Below are positions 13,461 to 27,062 of a DNA stretch of 64,000 bases, piece after piece. Origin of the DNA: Octopus sinensis (taxonomy: Eukaryota); NCBI RefSeq assembly GCF_006345805.1, contig NC_043005.1, forward strand, positions 22,010,001 through 22,074,000, read 5' to 3'. The notes under the pieces were generated by a model, which was not told the origin of the DNA, did not search any database, and saw only the letters and a list, made by a program, of their open reading frames with translations. Positions within the stretch are counted from its first letter, which is position 1, and each line of letters opens with the position of its first letter. The translations under genes and the position numbers were made by a program.

Positions 13461-16149
13461 GATAAAAAGTGCAATGTTAGGTAGTGTAAGTACTGTTAGG
13501 GTTTTTTCACCTTGAACACTATTATGCATGCTTTCAATTGTTTTTTTTTTTATGTAAGAAAGGAAGCTCTTGTTGAATTTCTTAATCCTGGGTGTTGGTG
13601 GTGGTGATGGTGGTGGCAGTGGCAGCGGCAGGGCAGCAGCAATAGTAGCAGTAAAGATGGCAGTGGCTGTGGTGGTGGTAACTTCACTTTCTCTTCATTT
13701 GTTTATGTTGGCATGGCTTAGTACTGTTAAAGCACTGTTCTCACATAATCTGATATACAAAACAAGAAAATTGCAGCAAAGCTGTGTGGAAGCGGTGTCA
13801 GACATAGCATGAAGATCATCATATAACTTGTTTGGCATTGTGTTTTTATTCTCTTTCGTTTTACTTTGACATGTGCATTACATTTTTATTGTCTTTCATT
13901 TTACAAATTCAACATGCATACGCACATTGTATGTTCATAGTTCCTTTTTCAGTTCCTACTCAAAACTGTTTACAAATCATAACCATCTCATGACCCTGTA
14001 CTGGTGAAGAGTGCTTCACACTCTGATGATTGAGAAATAACAGGAAAAGTAATGCCAACATTTCCTATATTTTGTCGCTGTTATTATAGTAGGATGCCTT
14101 CTTATCACTAACCATTATACCCCATGGAAAAAGTACATTTTCCCATGCTTCTAAAATCAGAGAAGTTGTTTCTTGGGACTAAAGAATCCAGTCTACTTAA
14201 AATAAGTTTCTTTTCAGAATAGTTCCATGGTATTAAGAACAAAATAGTCAGCAAATTATTCAATGTGAACTCAGAGATTTTGCCTATTCTTGTTGCAATC
14301 CTTCCTTCTTGAAACCCTGGATAACTGGGGATTTTCACTAGATTTAGTGATTTCAGTATTCATGGTGTCATTGCTATCATGATGAATCATTTTTGGTCAA
14401 AAAAGAAAGGTGAGCCATTTTGCTGTATATCTTTGAAGAATTTAACTAGACTGAAGTCGTAGACCTCACCACAATATTTATCCTTAACCCCCTAAAGAAA
14501 TTCAAGTATATTCATACATAAGATTTATACAGAGATAGTAATCTCATGTTTTTGGTAATTGCATGGCCTTGGGAAAACTTTCTGGAGTCATTCCTTTATT
14601 TGATCAACCTCCTATAATTTTGAACTATCTGCTCAATCTCTTGTGAAGTTTTGAGCTGATATCTGAAGAACCAAAACAAGCCCTGATGTCATAACCTCTT
14701 GACACAGGACAATCCAGTGGAGTTTCATCTTTTCCCCATCACACCTATGTCAACAGTTATAAGTTTCATATATAATGACATTGTTACTGAAACATGACAT
14801 TAATGAAAGTAGAATACAATTATGTATGTTGTATCAAATGAAATATTTCACATAACATAAGAGAAATGAGTTAAAAATTGTTTGGTATGTGCCATGGTAT
14901 CTTTTTTTCATGTCCTCACTCCTGTTAGCTTTAGTACCTAGCTCCACCTCTTACTTTTGGGTCAGAACCCACGGAAAATTTCCAGAAATCACTTGTCTGG
15001 CAATGCTACTGAAGGGCAGTGTCATTTTGAGATAAACTCTACTGGTATGGAAGTACCATTAGTTGGACCTATTAGAGATACATGCAAGGACAAAACTGTT
15101 CTCCACACACTTGTCCAGTCCCTGATCTTTGCTGAATTATGTCAAATAACCACTGTCATATGTAAGATGTATCTAGCTATCAGCTAGGTCCATTATGAAG
15201 TTCATCCCACTGGCTTTCTTTGATTGGGAAGAGCAATGCCTGTTCATCTGTTTGGTAGCTTTAGTGAAAGATGTAATGAGTTGGGTGAGATTGAAAGAGC
15301 TGAAGATAGGATGCCTTCTTCAGGATCAAACCCTTATCAACTTTTTTCAAGTTTCACTTGGAAAGAAAGTTGAGTATAGAGAGAGAGAAGTATTGTGTAC
15401 TAGAAAATTTGTTGATAGCTAGATGAGAGTGGTGAACATGGTTCAAATGAACAGGACAACTCTGAGCATACACTTGTAGATTGGAGACAGACTACTAGGA
15501 GAGTGAACTTGAGTCAGGGATTAGGGTGACTGTAGTTTTGTGGGGTTTCTACATGTAACCCTTCAAAGTTTCCCATGCATTGAGAAAATTTAATGTTGTT
15601 TCAAATTTTCATATCTTTGATATTTTTCATTTAAATTGCTCTTTTACATAATCCTACATAGTCTCTTCCTCAACTGTCCCCAATGTTCATGTCTACCTTT
15701 AGTTATTAATAAAGAAAGCACTATTATTAATATCATCATTATTATTATGAGTTTTTCTTCTTCTTTCAACTTTGCTTCTAAGGACAAAATATTTACTGTA
15801 TACACTGATAGGTCATTAAAATAAACACACAAGATTGTCCATTTCAAAGTCAAAGTTATGTAGTGAAAAATTATTTACATGGATAGTAATTGTTCTCCCA
15901 GCAACAATGCTCTTCTCAATACGTGTGATGTACCAGTTAAAAAAATATTTTGCACTTCTTGCAGAGAGGATAATCCAGGAATCATTCTTGAATATTTTTC
16001 AGTTCTTTTTTTTTATCATTCCTAGTGCTCCTACAATCGCTGGATTTGTAAATACCTTAAAATGCCACATTTTTTTCAATTTCAATGAGCAAATTTTCAT
16101 ATTTTTCTGAGCTTAGCAAACTCTTTTCCTGAAATATTATGATCACAAG

Positions 16150-17270
16150 GGATACCCATATCAGTCAATGAACAAACTTTATTATTTTGGCCTTAACAAC
16201 AATATCTAGTTTATTGACTTTGATGGTATTGTCTGTATGTACAGGAAAGTCCAAAAAAATTGTTACATTTTCTCTCTCAGTTACTGCCTCAGAGTGATGT
16301 TTATACAACTTGTTGGCAGTTTTGATTTTATAATACCAACATAGAAGTAGTGTAGATTTTGGCCAGCTTTGTCATGTCTTGATTTATACTTTACTGATGC
16401 TAAAACTTTACATTCAGCAATTAAGTTATCCACTATTTCATTCTCATCATTGAACCATTTTCCATTACATTGACTTGGTAGTTCCAGGTCAATAAGCTTT
16501 GATCTTGAGCAGCTAAGATGAAACCTTCAGCCTTCACTTGCTGCCTTTAGCCATGAGTTTCATAGCCACTGATGGGTGTGCTTTTGGTATACATCAGCTT
16601 GTTTCCTACAGGCCACGCATTTCCTATGCAGAAGTTTCAGCTCCCACCTACCAGCCAATTGTTTATGTGTTTTTTTTTTCTTTGCTATTTTTTCATTTAC
16701 TTTGCAGCAACAGTTACCATACTGTCATACATGAAAATTTAATAGCAAATGTTTGCTCTTCTTCAAGATAGAATGAAGTTTCTTATGCCTCTCAGGATTT
16801 TCAACAAGTTTTAGCATCCAATTGTTAGTTGTTTCAAGATATTTAGCCAGTCCAGTTGTGATAGCTTTATAAGAAAATTCAAACTGGATCAAACCTGGAC
16901 TTCCTTGAGCTCTGAGAAGGTAAAGACAATCCATATCTGCCTTTAGGTGGTGCATCTTATTACAAGTTAGCAGCTTAGAAATGTTTCTGTCAACATTCTT
17001 TATTTCACTGATATTCTAGTTCAGTGCTTTGAAGCTAGAAGTAACAACTAGAACTGCTAAAGAATTTATGGTAAACACCTTGTTACATGCATTTATCTCA
17101 GGTTTCAGGACTCCTCATACTCTTCTATAACACTCCTTCCTGATCTTCTTTTTCATTTTTCATGCTTGCATGCTGAATACCAGAACCTTCATTTATTCCT
17201 AGGTGTTTATATGCTTGTTCCTGCTCAAGTTGTTTTATAACTGTTTCAACATCTAACTTGACTGAATTGG
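16150..17270 (-). mobile_element. R4/Dong-like non-LTR retrotransposon RT C-terminal remnant
   Basis: AYKHLGINEGSGIQHASMK and HHLKADMDCLYLLRAQGSPGLIQ resemble YKYLG and HPKADxDRLYxxRxxGGRGL. Confidence 0.65.
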
Positions 17271-17318
17271 AGTTTATTATTATTATTGTTGTTGTTGTTG
17301 TTGCTGTTGCTGTTGTTG

Positions 17319-17349
<31 letters not shown>

Positions 17350-17904
17350 TACCACTGTTGTTATTGTTGTTGCTATTATGTCATAGTTAGTTTTAAAATA
17401 TTAGATAACTATGTAAAAATCCATGCAGTTAAAATTTTTAATAAAATATAAGAAAATCACATGGTGCATTGTTTTATAAATGGACAATATATTATTAAAA
17501 AAAACTGTCCATCTAGAAAATTATTTTTCAGTATAAGACACCCACCCTTCTCAGAATTAATGTGGATTCTAGTACATCAAAATATTGCCTGAGTGTTTTG
17601 GTAGTAGCTAATCCATTTGTACATCCTTCTAATAGTGTGCTTTTTTTTAGATTGAATGACCATAATAACGCTTTACATGTTGTTTATGGGTATACTGATC
17701 CTAAAAAAGAACACCATAGGGAAGAGATATACAAATGTTTTGTCTGCAACTTATGTTCTGAGATAAATTTTTGAATGTCTGAAGATGTTCTACAACTCAC
17801 ATGAATTCTGACTACTGTATCATTTTGTGAATTAGTGGTTTATAATAAATTTTCCATTTACAAAATTATGAATCATATGCTTTACAATATTTAATAAATA
17901 TATA

Positions 17905-17975
<71 letters not shown>

Positions 17976-18035
17976 CATGTGAGGATTGGGACGGATGTTT
18001 ATAAAATGTAATTCTTGTTTTTTGTTTTTATTCAG

Positions 18036-18269
18036 CCATTGGGGAGCCAGTTACAATTAAAAAAGTTAATCTACAGAAGAAGGACATTTTTGGGCGGGTT
18101 AAGAATAAAACCTTAAAGGAGTGCAACAAAACTTGCCAGGAATATTCAGGATGTAATTCTTTTCAGTACAATGAAAAAGCAAAGTTATGTGATCTGAGCG
18201 GTGTGACTCAGTTGACTGATAAACTTGAACCCAATGATGGAAGTTGGGATATATTCATGGTTAACCCAA
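18036..18269 (+). CDS. Exon B3: PAN domain, type B
   Basis: ttcag|CC, CCAA|gtcagt, 234 nt open. IGEPVTIKKVNLQKKDIFGRVKNKTLKECNKTCQEYSGCNSFQYNEKAKLCDLSGVTQLTDKLEPNDGSWDIFMVNP. Absent from the ORF track. Confidence 0.9.
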
Positions 18270-19367
18270 GTCAGTAGTGTTTCTATTTTACTTATTATGT
18301 TATTTCTCTGTGCATTTAATTTATATATATGTTTGTGTAGTATACATATATACATGTGTGTATGTGATAAAAAAATTTTTATGAGTACAGAGAACTTGTT
18401 TTTAAGAGTAGAAAATATGTTTTGGACAAAGTCCTTAAGTTGAAAGGAGAGAAATTAATGAGAGCAGCAGAGTTTTATACTCTCTAAGTTTAAAAAAATT
18501 GATTGTAACTGATAAGGAATACAGGACCATGTGAGCTTTATATGTAAAGAAGTGGTACAAGAAATGGTGCGAGGAAGAAGAAGGAAAATGTAATAGAATG
18601 AGGTAAAGCAAAGTCAAGAATGAGATGAAGGTAAAAGAAGAGTTGATGGATAAGAAAGAGCTTAAGGAATTGAGTGGAGGTGTAGGAGTAGGCAGGAAAA
18701 CGTTCATTATATCTGTCAGTGACATGGTGCTGAGTTCAAATATATAACATTATTCTTTGTTTCCTTGAGAACATGGATCCACGATGCCATACACTAATAA
18801 GTGAGTGATGGAATGGCTGGTAATGTTGAAGTAGGGTGACAACAGGTTGGCCAGGTATACATAATAGTATGCTTTGAATATGCTCCTGAAAGCAATCAGC
18901 AAGGCATTATAGTCTGTTTCGCCCGGCGTGCTAACGATTCTGCCAGCTTGCCATCCTTGCTATCCTTATATATTGTATCATATGCAAACTTAGCATTTCC
19001 CCTTCACTTGCACAGACACCAGCTTAATTTAATTCGTCCTTAGTTGAAAGACACCTATTGTTAATGTCCTGTTATTTGAATTTGTATTTATGTACTATTT
19101 CTCCGTTTTTTTCCCGTCCATGTTTTCATATACATATGCTGCTTTCTTCCAAGGAATCTAGTGCTCTTAGCTTAGTTTTTCCTTGGGGCTGGCCAGATTG
19201 GAGCAATCTCAAGTATAACCAGCCGAAATTGCAAAGATAATCTGGAACTCAGCTGAGGAAAGAAAACTCCGAATGACCTTTCCTTGTCCCTTTTATGTAT
19301 CATCTGTCTGGATGTTTTGCATTCTTGTCTCATTTTTTGTATTCCTTTATATGTATATATATAAAAC

Positions 19368-19572
19368 AATTGCAGCGAGAAAGGTGTTTATAAGTCATTT
19401 AAAAACACACAAAAGCTGTTAAAGTCACTTCAACATTTAAATTTAATTTGCCAAAATATTTTCATCACTTTGAGACCATAACCTGTTCACTGACAAAACT
19501 CTGTGTTGTTGAAGTGAATCTAATGGTTTTTGTGTGTTTTTAAACGGCTTATAAACACCCTCCATGCTGCAA
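19368..19572. mobile_element. Penelope-like terminal remnant with ~65-bp inverted arms around a hammerhead-like core
   Basis: aattgcagcgagaaaggtgtttataagtc...cacttcaaca is answered by tgttgaagtg...cttataaacaccctccatgctgcaatt. Confidence 0.5.
19447..19497 (-). ncRNA. Hammerhead-ribozyme-like motif with a swapped G3:C8 core (GUGAACA)
   Basis: Minus strand: UUUGUCA-GUGAACA-G-GUUAU-ggucucaaa-GUGAU-GAAA-auau-UU-UGGCAAA. Helix I is 7 bp, helix II is wobble-rich, helix III is palindromic. Confidence 0.4.
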
Positions 19573-19646
19573 TTATTTTTGTTCCAGCACACAATCTCAG
19601 ATCAGGTCATTTGCTATGCAAGTACATCTCCATAATATATATACAT

Positions 19647-20240
<594 letters not shown>

Positions 20241-20575
20241 ATAATACAAATAAGAAAATGGAAGAACAGATTCATTTCAATCATCGACATAGATATTACC
20301 AATTCATATTATTTATTAACACATATATATTTATATATATAAATATATATATATTTAGAAATATTGAATTTCTAAATGTCTCAAAGAGACATGAGCAGTG
20401 GTGGAGCGATAGAGTGGTTGTATACTGTCAACATAATGTGACAGTCCTGTAAGGGAATTACACTGCTGCAATTTAGCCCTAGGAAGCATCGACGCTTCCT
20501 GTCAGCTTTGACACATTTCCTGTGTCCTTATATTTGTGAAGGGGAGGCAAGCACCCCCACCAGCTAGGATTTACA

Positions 20576-20621
20576 CCTGAAGACATGCATGTTTCTGGGT
20601 CTTACCTGTCATCAGTCCAGG
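20576..20621 (-). ncRNA. Minimal type I hammerhead ribozyme motif (Penelope-type), helix II degenerate
   Basis: Minus strand: CCUGGA-CUGAUGA-caggu aag accca-GAAA-CAUGCAUG-UC-UUCAGG. Canonical core and GUC site, 6-bp helix I, palindromic helix III, but 10.1/11.1 is a C.A mismatch. Confidence 0.6.
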
Positions 20622-21159
20622 ATAGCGAGTCCTTTTCTCTTTATTATAGCCACAATGACCTGACTGAAGAGGGGACATAACAATACAATACAGGATATGG
20701 GGTACATATAACAAAAATACAGAAAGGATGATATGAAATGAAATATTAACAATGAATTAATGAAATGGCTTACGAGCCCCCCCAAAACTCGCAGTTTCAT
20801 TTACAATTACAGTTATACTATCTGGGGTGTTTGTCCGTAATGTAAACGAGTAATTCATCTTGCTCTATAATGCCGAGCAAACTGTCATATCGAATGTAAT
20901 GCACTATGATTACCGCTGTATCTGAAAACAAATTTATTAATTTATTTACCGTCTTTAGAGCTTAACAACTATAAAACATTAAAACAAACCAGAGAAGCAA
21001 ACCTATTGAAGAGAAGTTATTGAGCACAGTCAAAAATACTTGTTATAAATGAATAAAAATGGGTTTAGGGTCTGAAGAAATGCTGTAAAGCTAAGCACTT
21101 TATAAATGTGAAACCCAGGGTAACCCCATAGATCAGATATACCTATCTATCTATCTATA

Positions 21160-21195
<36 letters not shown>

Positions 21196-21659
21196 TCATC
21201 ATCATCATCATTTAACATCCACCGCAATTTAGCCCTAGGATTTAACAGCAAGTTAATTATATACGTTTTTATTATTTTTTTCGTAATTTACTTAATCATT
21301 GGTATTTTATAGTTATTTTAATTTTAATATTTGTATTATATGTAATTTTCTAGATGGTGTGATTTAATTGTTCATTTTGAATTGATAAAAGGTCGTTTAT
21401 TCTAATTTTTATATATATATATATATATATTATATTGTGTGAAATTTGATTTAGTATTTCTAAATTGAATTTTTTCCCTGTAAGTTTGGATTAATATTCC
21501 CTCAAATAATTATGTATGTATGTATGTATGTCTATGCTCAATTTCCTTAAGTGTATTTCATTCAATGTCCTTTGTTCTAAATTTGTAATTATCTCCTTGT
21601 TCTCACCTTCCTCTTAATATATGCTTATCATTGATATCAATTTCTATTATCATTTCTAG

Positions 21660-21830
21660 CTTTTTTGCAAGTTGACTGTGGATCACCAAAAAATGTTACC
21701 AATGCTGAGAAGTCCTACAAAACCACCACCTATAAATCTGAAGTAACCTATACTTGTCCAGGGGGAGAAAAATTCAAAGCAACATGTAAAGATAATAATA
21801 AATGGGATCCAGTAATACCCTCTTGTTCAG
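21660..21830 (+). CDS. Exon S4: Sushi/CCP domain
   Basis: ttctag|CT, TCAG|gtaaca, 171 nt. FLQVDCGSPKNVTNAEKSYKTTTYKSEVTYTCPGGEKFKATCKDNNKWDPVIPSCS. Confidence 0.9.
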
Positions 21831-22619
21831 GTAACATAAATAGGTTCTCTCTTTTTGCTAATGTCTAGATAATTTTGTTTTATTTTTGTGTTAAATGTCT
21901 TAGTGAGTGTAAAACCAGCTGGCAATTTCCACTGTGTGTGTGTTTTGTGGAGGAGAGAAGAAGATATCCTCTGTCTAGAAACCACTTCAAATGCTTGCAA
22001 CACAGTGGGCTACATTAAAGCTATCTGGGGGCTAAGTAAGGTATTAATTTAGCAAATGACTTATGTATGCCACACAAAGAAACAAGAAGTGTGGACACAT
22101 TCTTTCAAGAAAGCTTCCACATAGTTCCTATTTCATTGACAAGGCTTTGATGTGAAGTGAATTTTTAACCATGCAGCCAAAATCCCACCCAATACTACAT
22201 GGTTAAGTGAACTTATTACATCCACAACTATACCTTGGCTCATCTAGGTCATTTTTCTCTTTTAATTTCTAATGTGACCTTTCTCACCCATAATTTGTGT
22301 CATTATCCAAAACTCCATACAATATAATACCTTGAGTCCTTCTTTACTAAAACTTGACAATCCTCTGAAATAAGCTTCTGATTCTCTTGTTATCCTCCAA
22401 CCCACCAATCTTAATTACCATAATGCTAATAATAGTAATGCTTCCTGATTTGTGCTCAAAGCCAAAATTTTTTATGGGAGTTGTTTAATCGATACCATGA
22501 ACCCTACTATTTGACTGGTAGTTTACAATATTATCCCAAACAAGTATGAAAGCAAAGTTGACCTTGGCTTAATCTAAACTCATAACCAACAGAGCCTGAA
22601 TACATTCTGTAAAGCATTC

Positions 22620-23960
22620 AATTAGCACACATGTATACATTGAAAATAAAGATGAGGATGATGATGCAATCCCCTTGAATGCAGAAGGATTTCTGTTTCA
22701 GGCCAATTGAAGAAACCCTCCATCAAAGATCCCCATGAACGCCTTGGATTAGTGTTCTCCCCACTTCTTGTGCCCTGACCTACAGGTTTATGCACTGTGT
22801 TCCCCATCCACTCCTGCCACTTTCACCTCACTTTCAATCATTTCCCTTCAGGTCGATCTTCCTTTTCATCCTTACCTTCTTTATAAGTGAAATTTTAAAA
22901 TTCAGATGGGAGATTGACCAAAAGGGAGTCACTGTCATCAGACTTTACAACCTCAACCAACACACCTATTTTGCTATATCTACTAGATAGAGGAAAACTG
23001 TCTTCTCTCCTCAGTTAAAGTGGGGTGTTGGATACTCATCATGATGGAATTTACTAACAGCCAGATTTGAATCATACAAGATAATTGCTGTTTGATATAA
23101 ATCATTAATGCCTGGACAGTGAATGAATGCATGTAAAATTTATTGATTGCATGAGGCACATCCGGTACAGGCTTGTTGATGTCATTTCCATGACTGTAGA
23201 TTTTATCTTGAATCAGTAAAGCCCTTTGGTAGAACTTCCAAACCAAAGATTTCTTGAAGTTGTCCACAATATTCCAAAACCAAAAAGACTTTTGAAACAA
23301 ACTTGCCAGTTCCTTTCTATCAGTGCCCAGAGCGTATCTAAGAATGTTGGTGTTTCCATCCATTAACCCTCAGCAGATTGTGAGAGGGAAACACTACCTG
23401 TGTCAGGTTTGATCCTGTATAAGTTATGTAATCCTTAGGACTACATAAGATAATATGGCTTTTTTTTTTAAGATAGTGGGATGTAAACGAGGGAGATTTT
23501 GTTAATATTTCGACATGCTACTCATCAACATAGGAGTTTCCACAGTGTCTAGTCCACAGTAAATATTGAACTTACTATAGCAAGTAACAAATCTGACACA
23601 ACTTATTACTTGGTTCACTACTTCCACCTGGCCTTTTTGGTGGACCAATGTTAACATATTCATTACAATAACAAACACTTACATGAACCTATAGATACTC
23701 GAGCTGGGTATGGACTATATAAATCTTACAAGTGTAGGAGGGAGGCAACCTCAGAATTTCGAGAAGTTTCAGAAACGACTAACTTCTGTAAAAGATATAA
23801 GTATCACCTCATTGTCATCTATTACATACTCCTTGTTTAGAGACATGACCAAACACTATAAGAGAAAGCAATGAGATTATGTGGTATTCATGTCTTTCTC
23901 AAGGACACTAACTGTGTATGTAAAATGAACTGACTAAGTCTGAAAATGAAACCCAGATCA
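22620..23960 (-). mobile_element. Old Tx1/L1-clade LINE 3' remnant (copy 2)
   Basis: The minus strand gives SLVWKFYQRALLIQDKIYSHG and, across frames, CxxC...ILHAFIHCP...FLYLVDIAK, resembling the zf-RVT/CCHC end of Tx1/L1 ORF2. Confidence 0.6.
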
Positions 23961-24705
23961 TTGATTCACACCATAAAGAACAACTAGGAAAATTACTCAG
24001 AGTCACTTTCTGCATGAAAAACAAATGGTTACTTATTAAAAGTTATGATTGATTAAATTTTACTCTCAGATTAGTGATTCATTCTGGTCATGAAATTTAG
24101 AAGAGGCATCCTTGTAAAGAAAATCACTTTTTTTATTGCACTGAAAGTATAATTTTGATCAATTTAAACTTCCTAGCTTGTCATTTTTACTACTTATTTC
24201 ATATTTATTTGCTAGATAATGATGAAATTGAGATTGTTTTAGTTTTCCTGGGCATAACATTACAAAATGTGATTAAATATAACTTGTCATATTTAGTCAC
24301 ATTCTTTTACATTCTGGGTTCAAATTTCACTTAGATGTACTTCTCCTTTCATACTTCTAACATTGATAAAATAAGTATTTGTCAAGTCTGAGATTGGTTT
24401 ATTCATATGTACTCCCACTACGGAATGTGCTCAAGTTAGAAGATATTATAAATATTGTTACTATCAACAATAATTATAATTATTCTTCTGGTTGAAGATG
24501 AAATCTTTTAAGCATCAGACAGAATGTTTTTCTATTTCTTGAACTTCTTAGTTCAAATCCTTCACTGGGTCAATAAACTGAAATGCTGGTTAAGTGTAGG
24601 GGTTCAATTTAATTGACCAATTCTAACCTCAAAGATTTCACCTACATTCTATGTTAAAAATTATTATTGTTGTTCTCAATGGCCTAAATTTTACTTTTAT
24701 TCTAG

Positions 24706-24945
24706 CTGCTCAGATCCATTTTGTGAAAGTAACAGATGCAATTCTGGATGTAACTGGGAAAACATTGGCAGACAAGAAAAATGTAACAGCAGATACCTGT
24801 GCAGAAAAATGTTTGTCTTACAAAACTTGTTTATCATTTGAAATGAATAAGCAAAGTGGAAAATGCTACTTATCAAAAGAAAGTACAGCTACCTCTAAGA
24901 AAATCAAAGCAACAAAAAGCAGAGATTACTACCAACGAATAAATT
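24706..24945 (+). CDS. Exon A3: PAN domain, type A
   Basis: ttctag|CT, AATT|gtaatt, 240 nt. AQIHFVKVTDAILD...TCAEKCLSYKTCLSFEMNKQSGKCYLSKESTATSKKIKATKSRDYYQRIN. Confidence 0.9.
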
Positions 24946-25077
24946 GTAATTATTCTTTGCATTTTATCACTGGAATTCACTTTTCCATAATTTCTGAAAT
25001 TTGTGATTCCATCTGTACTTTATGTATGTGTGAAAGTATAAGATATATTTCTTGTTTTCTTTTCCTATTTTCTCTAG

Positions 25078-25311
25078 CTGATGATGAGCTTCTTACATTT
25101 AAAAGAACTGCCATACCAGGGCAGGATACTTTTGGCCGGCTGAAAAATATAGAGTTAAAGGAGTGTCATCATATTTGTCATCAAAATCCAGGATGCAAAT
25201 CTTATGAGTACAATGAAAGAACAAAAACCTGTGATCAAAGTAATGCAACTCACTTGACTCAAAACCTTCAGCCTAACAAATGGGGTTGGGATACTTACAT
25301 CATTAATCCAG
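25078..25311 (+). CDS. Exon B4: PAN domain, type B
   Basis: ctctag|CT, CCAG|gtcagt, 234 nt. DDELLTFKRTAIPGQD...LKECHHICHQNPGCKSYEYNERTKTCDQS...WDTYIINP. Confidence 0.9.
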
Positions 25312-26469
25312 GTCAGTCGAATGTTTTTGTTTTAATTGTTGTATGTGTATGCATGTGTCTATGTGTGTTTGTATGTATTTACATTTATGCATATGCATGT
25401 GTACAATACATACTAAATGTCATGGATATGAAACACTCACATTCAGGATTCTGAGTTTCTGAATGGTGATTCAATGCTCACTGCACTTCCTCAGCTTTCG
25501 CAAGATTAATGCATGTTTAATGTGTGTTTAATATGGGAGCAAATACCATCAGTAGATCCAACAGTTACCACCATATTTTTTCATCATTCAACTTTTCTAG
25601 AATGATTTAGGCAAAAACAAAACACAACTTTTTATGGTTAAGACTGAAATAAAATAAAATGAAATATATTAAATAAAGGAAGATAAAATAAAAGGATTGA
25701 AGTAGTAAGTAAAATAAAATTTAAAATAAAAATAAATTGCTTGCAAAATTGCAAAAAAATTTTATGTAATTTTTTTGAGATAATTATTTTTAAATATTTT
25801 CTTAGAAGTAAGAATTAATAGTTAAAATTTAAGAACTAATTATTAAGAATTAAGAAATTAAAAGATAAAACCTTTAAGAATTCAAAATTAAGGTATTTTA
25901 GAGATCTAAAAACTTTTTAATTTTAAACTGAAAAGAATTAGAAGATTAAAAAATAAACATATACACTGCTTGGGAATTCATAGAGAAGAAGCAGAGGCCA
26001 AATACTTGCACAATATGCCCATTATGTCTACACATGCATTATGTCTCACTGTTACAAATCACAAATACAAACATCAAATATCAAACAGAAATTGTTACAT
26101 ACTTATAGATGCAAAGTACAGAAATTAAAAGACATCAAAATAGACATTGCCATCCCAAGGACTTTAAAGCTTAACAACTATAAAACATTAAAACAAACCA
26201 GAGAAGCAAACCTATTGAAGAGAAGTTATTGAGCACAGTCAAAAATACTTGTTATAAATGAATAAAACATAAAAAAATAACATAAGGAATAACCAACTCT
26301 CTATCTTTCCCAGTACTTTGTTATTTAAAATGCTTTCACAATATTCCCTTGTTAGAGAGGCTGTAAGTCAATGGGTTTAGGGTCTGAAGAAATGCTGTAA
26401 AGCTAAGCACTTTATAAATGTGAAACCCAGGGTAACCCCATAGATCGGACATACCTATCTATCTATCTA

Positions 26470-26522
<53 letters not shown>

Positions 26523-27008
26523 TCATCATCATTTAACATCCAACTTCCATGCATTCGTTAGTAGGACGGTTGACAGAAGCTGACCAGGTAGAAAAACAGT
26601 TATTACAATAACAAGCACTCACATTGACCCACAGATGCTCAGGCTGGGCATGGACCACGTTAATCTAAGAAGTATAAGAGGTGGAGTGGCCTGAGAAGTT
26701 AATGGCACTGATGTCTCTGCTATGACTAGTTTATTATCAATGGAACAGCCTGCTCATGAAGTTAACATGCATGTGACTGAGCACTCCACAGATACATGTA
26801 CCTGTAACATTGTTCTCAGGGAGATTCAGCATGACACAAAGTCTGGCCCTTTGAAACACAGGTACTACTCATTTTGCCAGTTGAGTGTCCTGGAGCAACA
26901 TGAAATAAAGTGTCTTACTCAAGGACATGACACGTCACTGGGAATTGAATCAATGACCTTGCAATCATGAGCCACATACCCTAACCACTAAGTCACATGC
27001 CTTCACAT

Positions 27009-27062
<54 letters not shown>

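Noticed and set aside
13995-14044. Sense-strand hammerhead-like relic (cctgt-a-CTGGTGA-agagtg-cttca-cactct-GATG...acagg)
   Set aside because: Both halves of the catalytic core are mutated (A6>G; GAAA>GATG), so at most a dead Penelope remnant.
24651-25454. 267-aa single-exon ORF
   Set aside because: It is exons A3 and B4 read through a 132-nt intron plus flanking intron sequence, as shown by homology to the other units.
25640-25950. Very AT-rich tract as a possible mitochondrial insertion
   Set aside because: No recognisable rRNA, tRNA or mitochondrial protein motif; consistent with low-complexity A-rich sequence.
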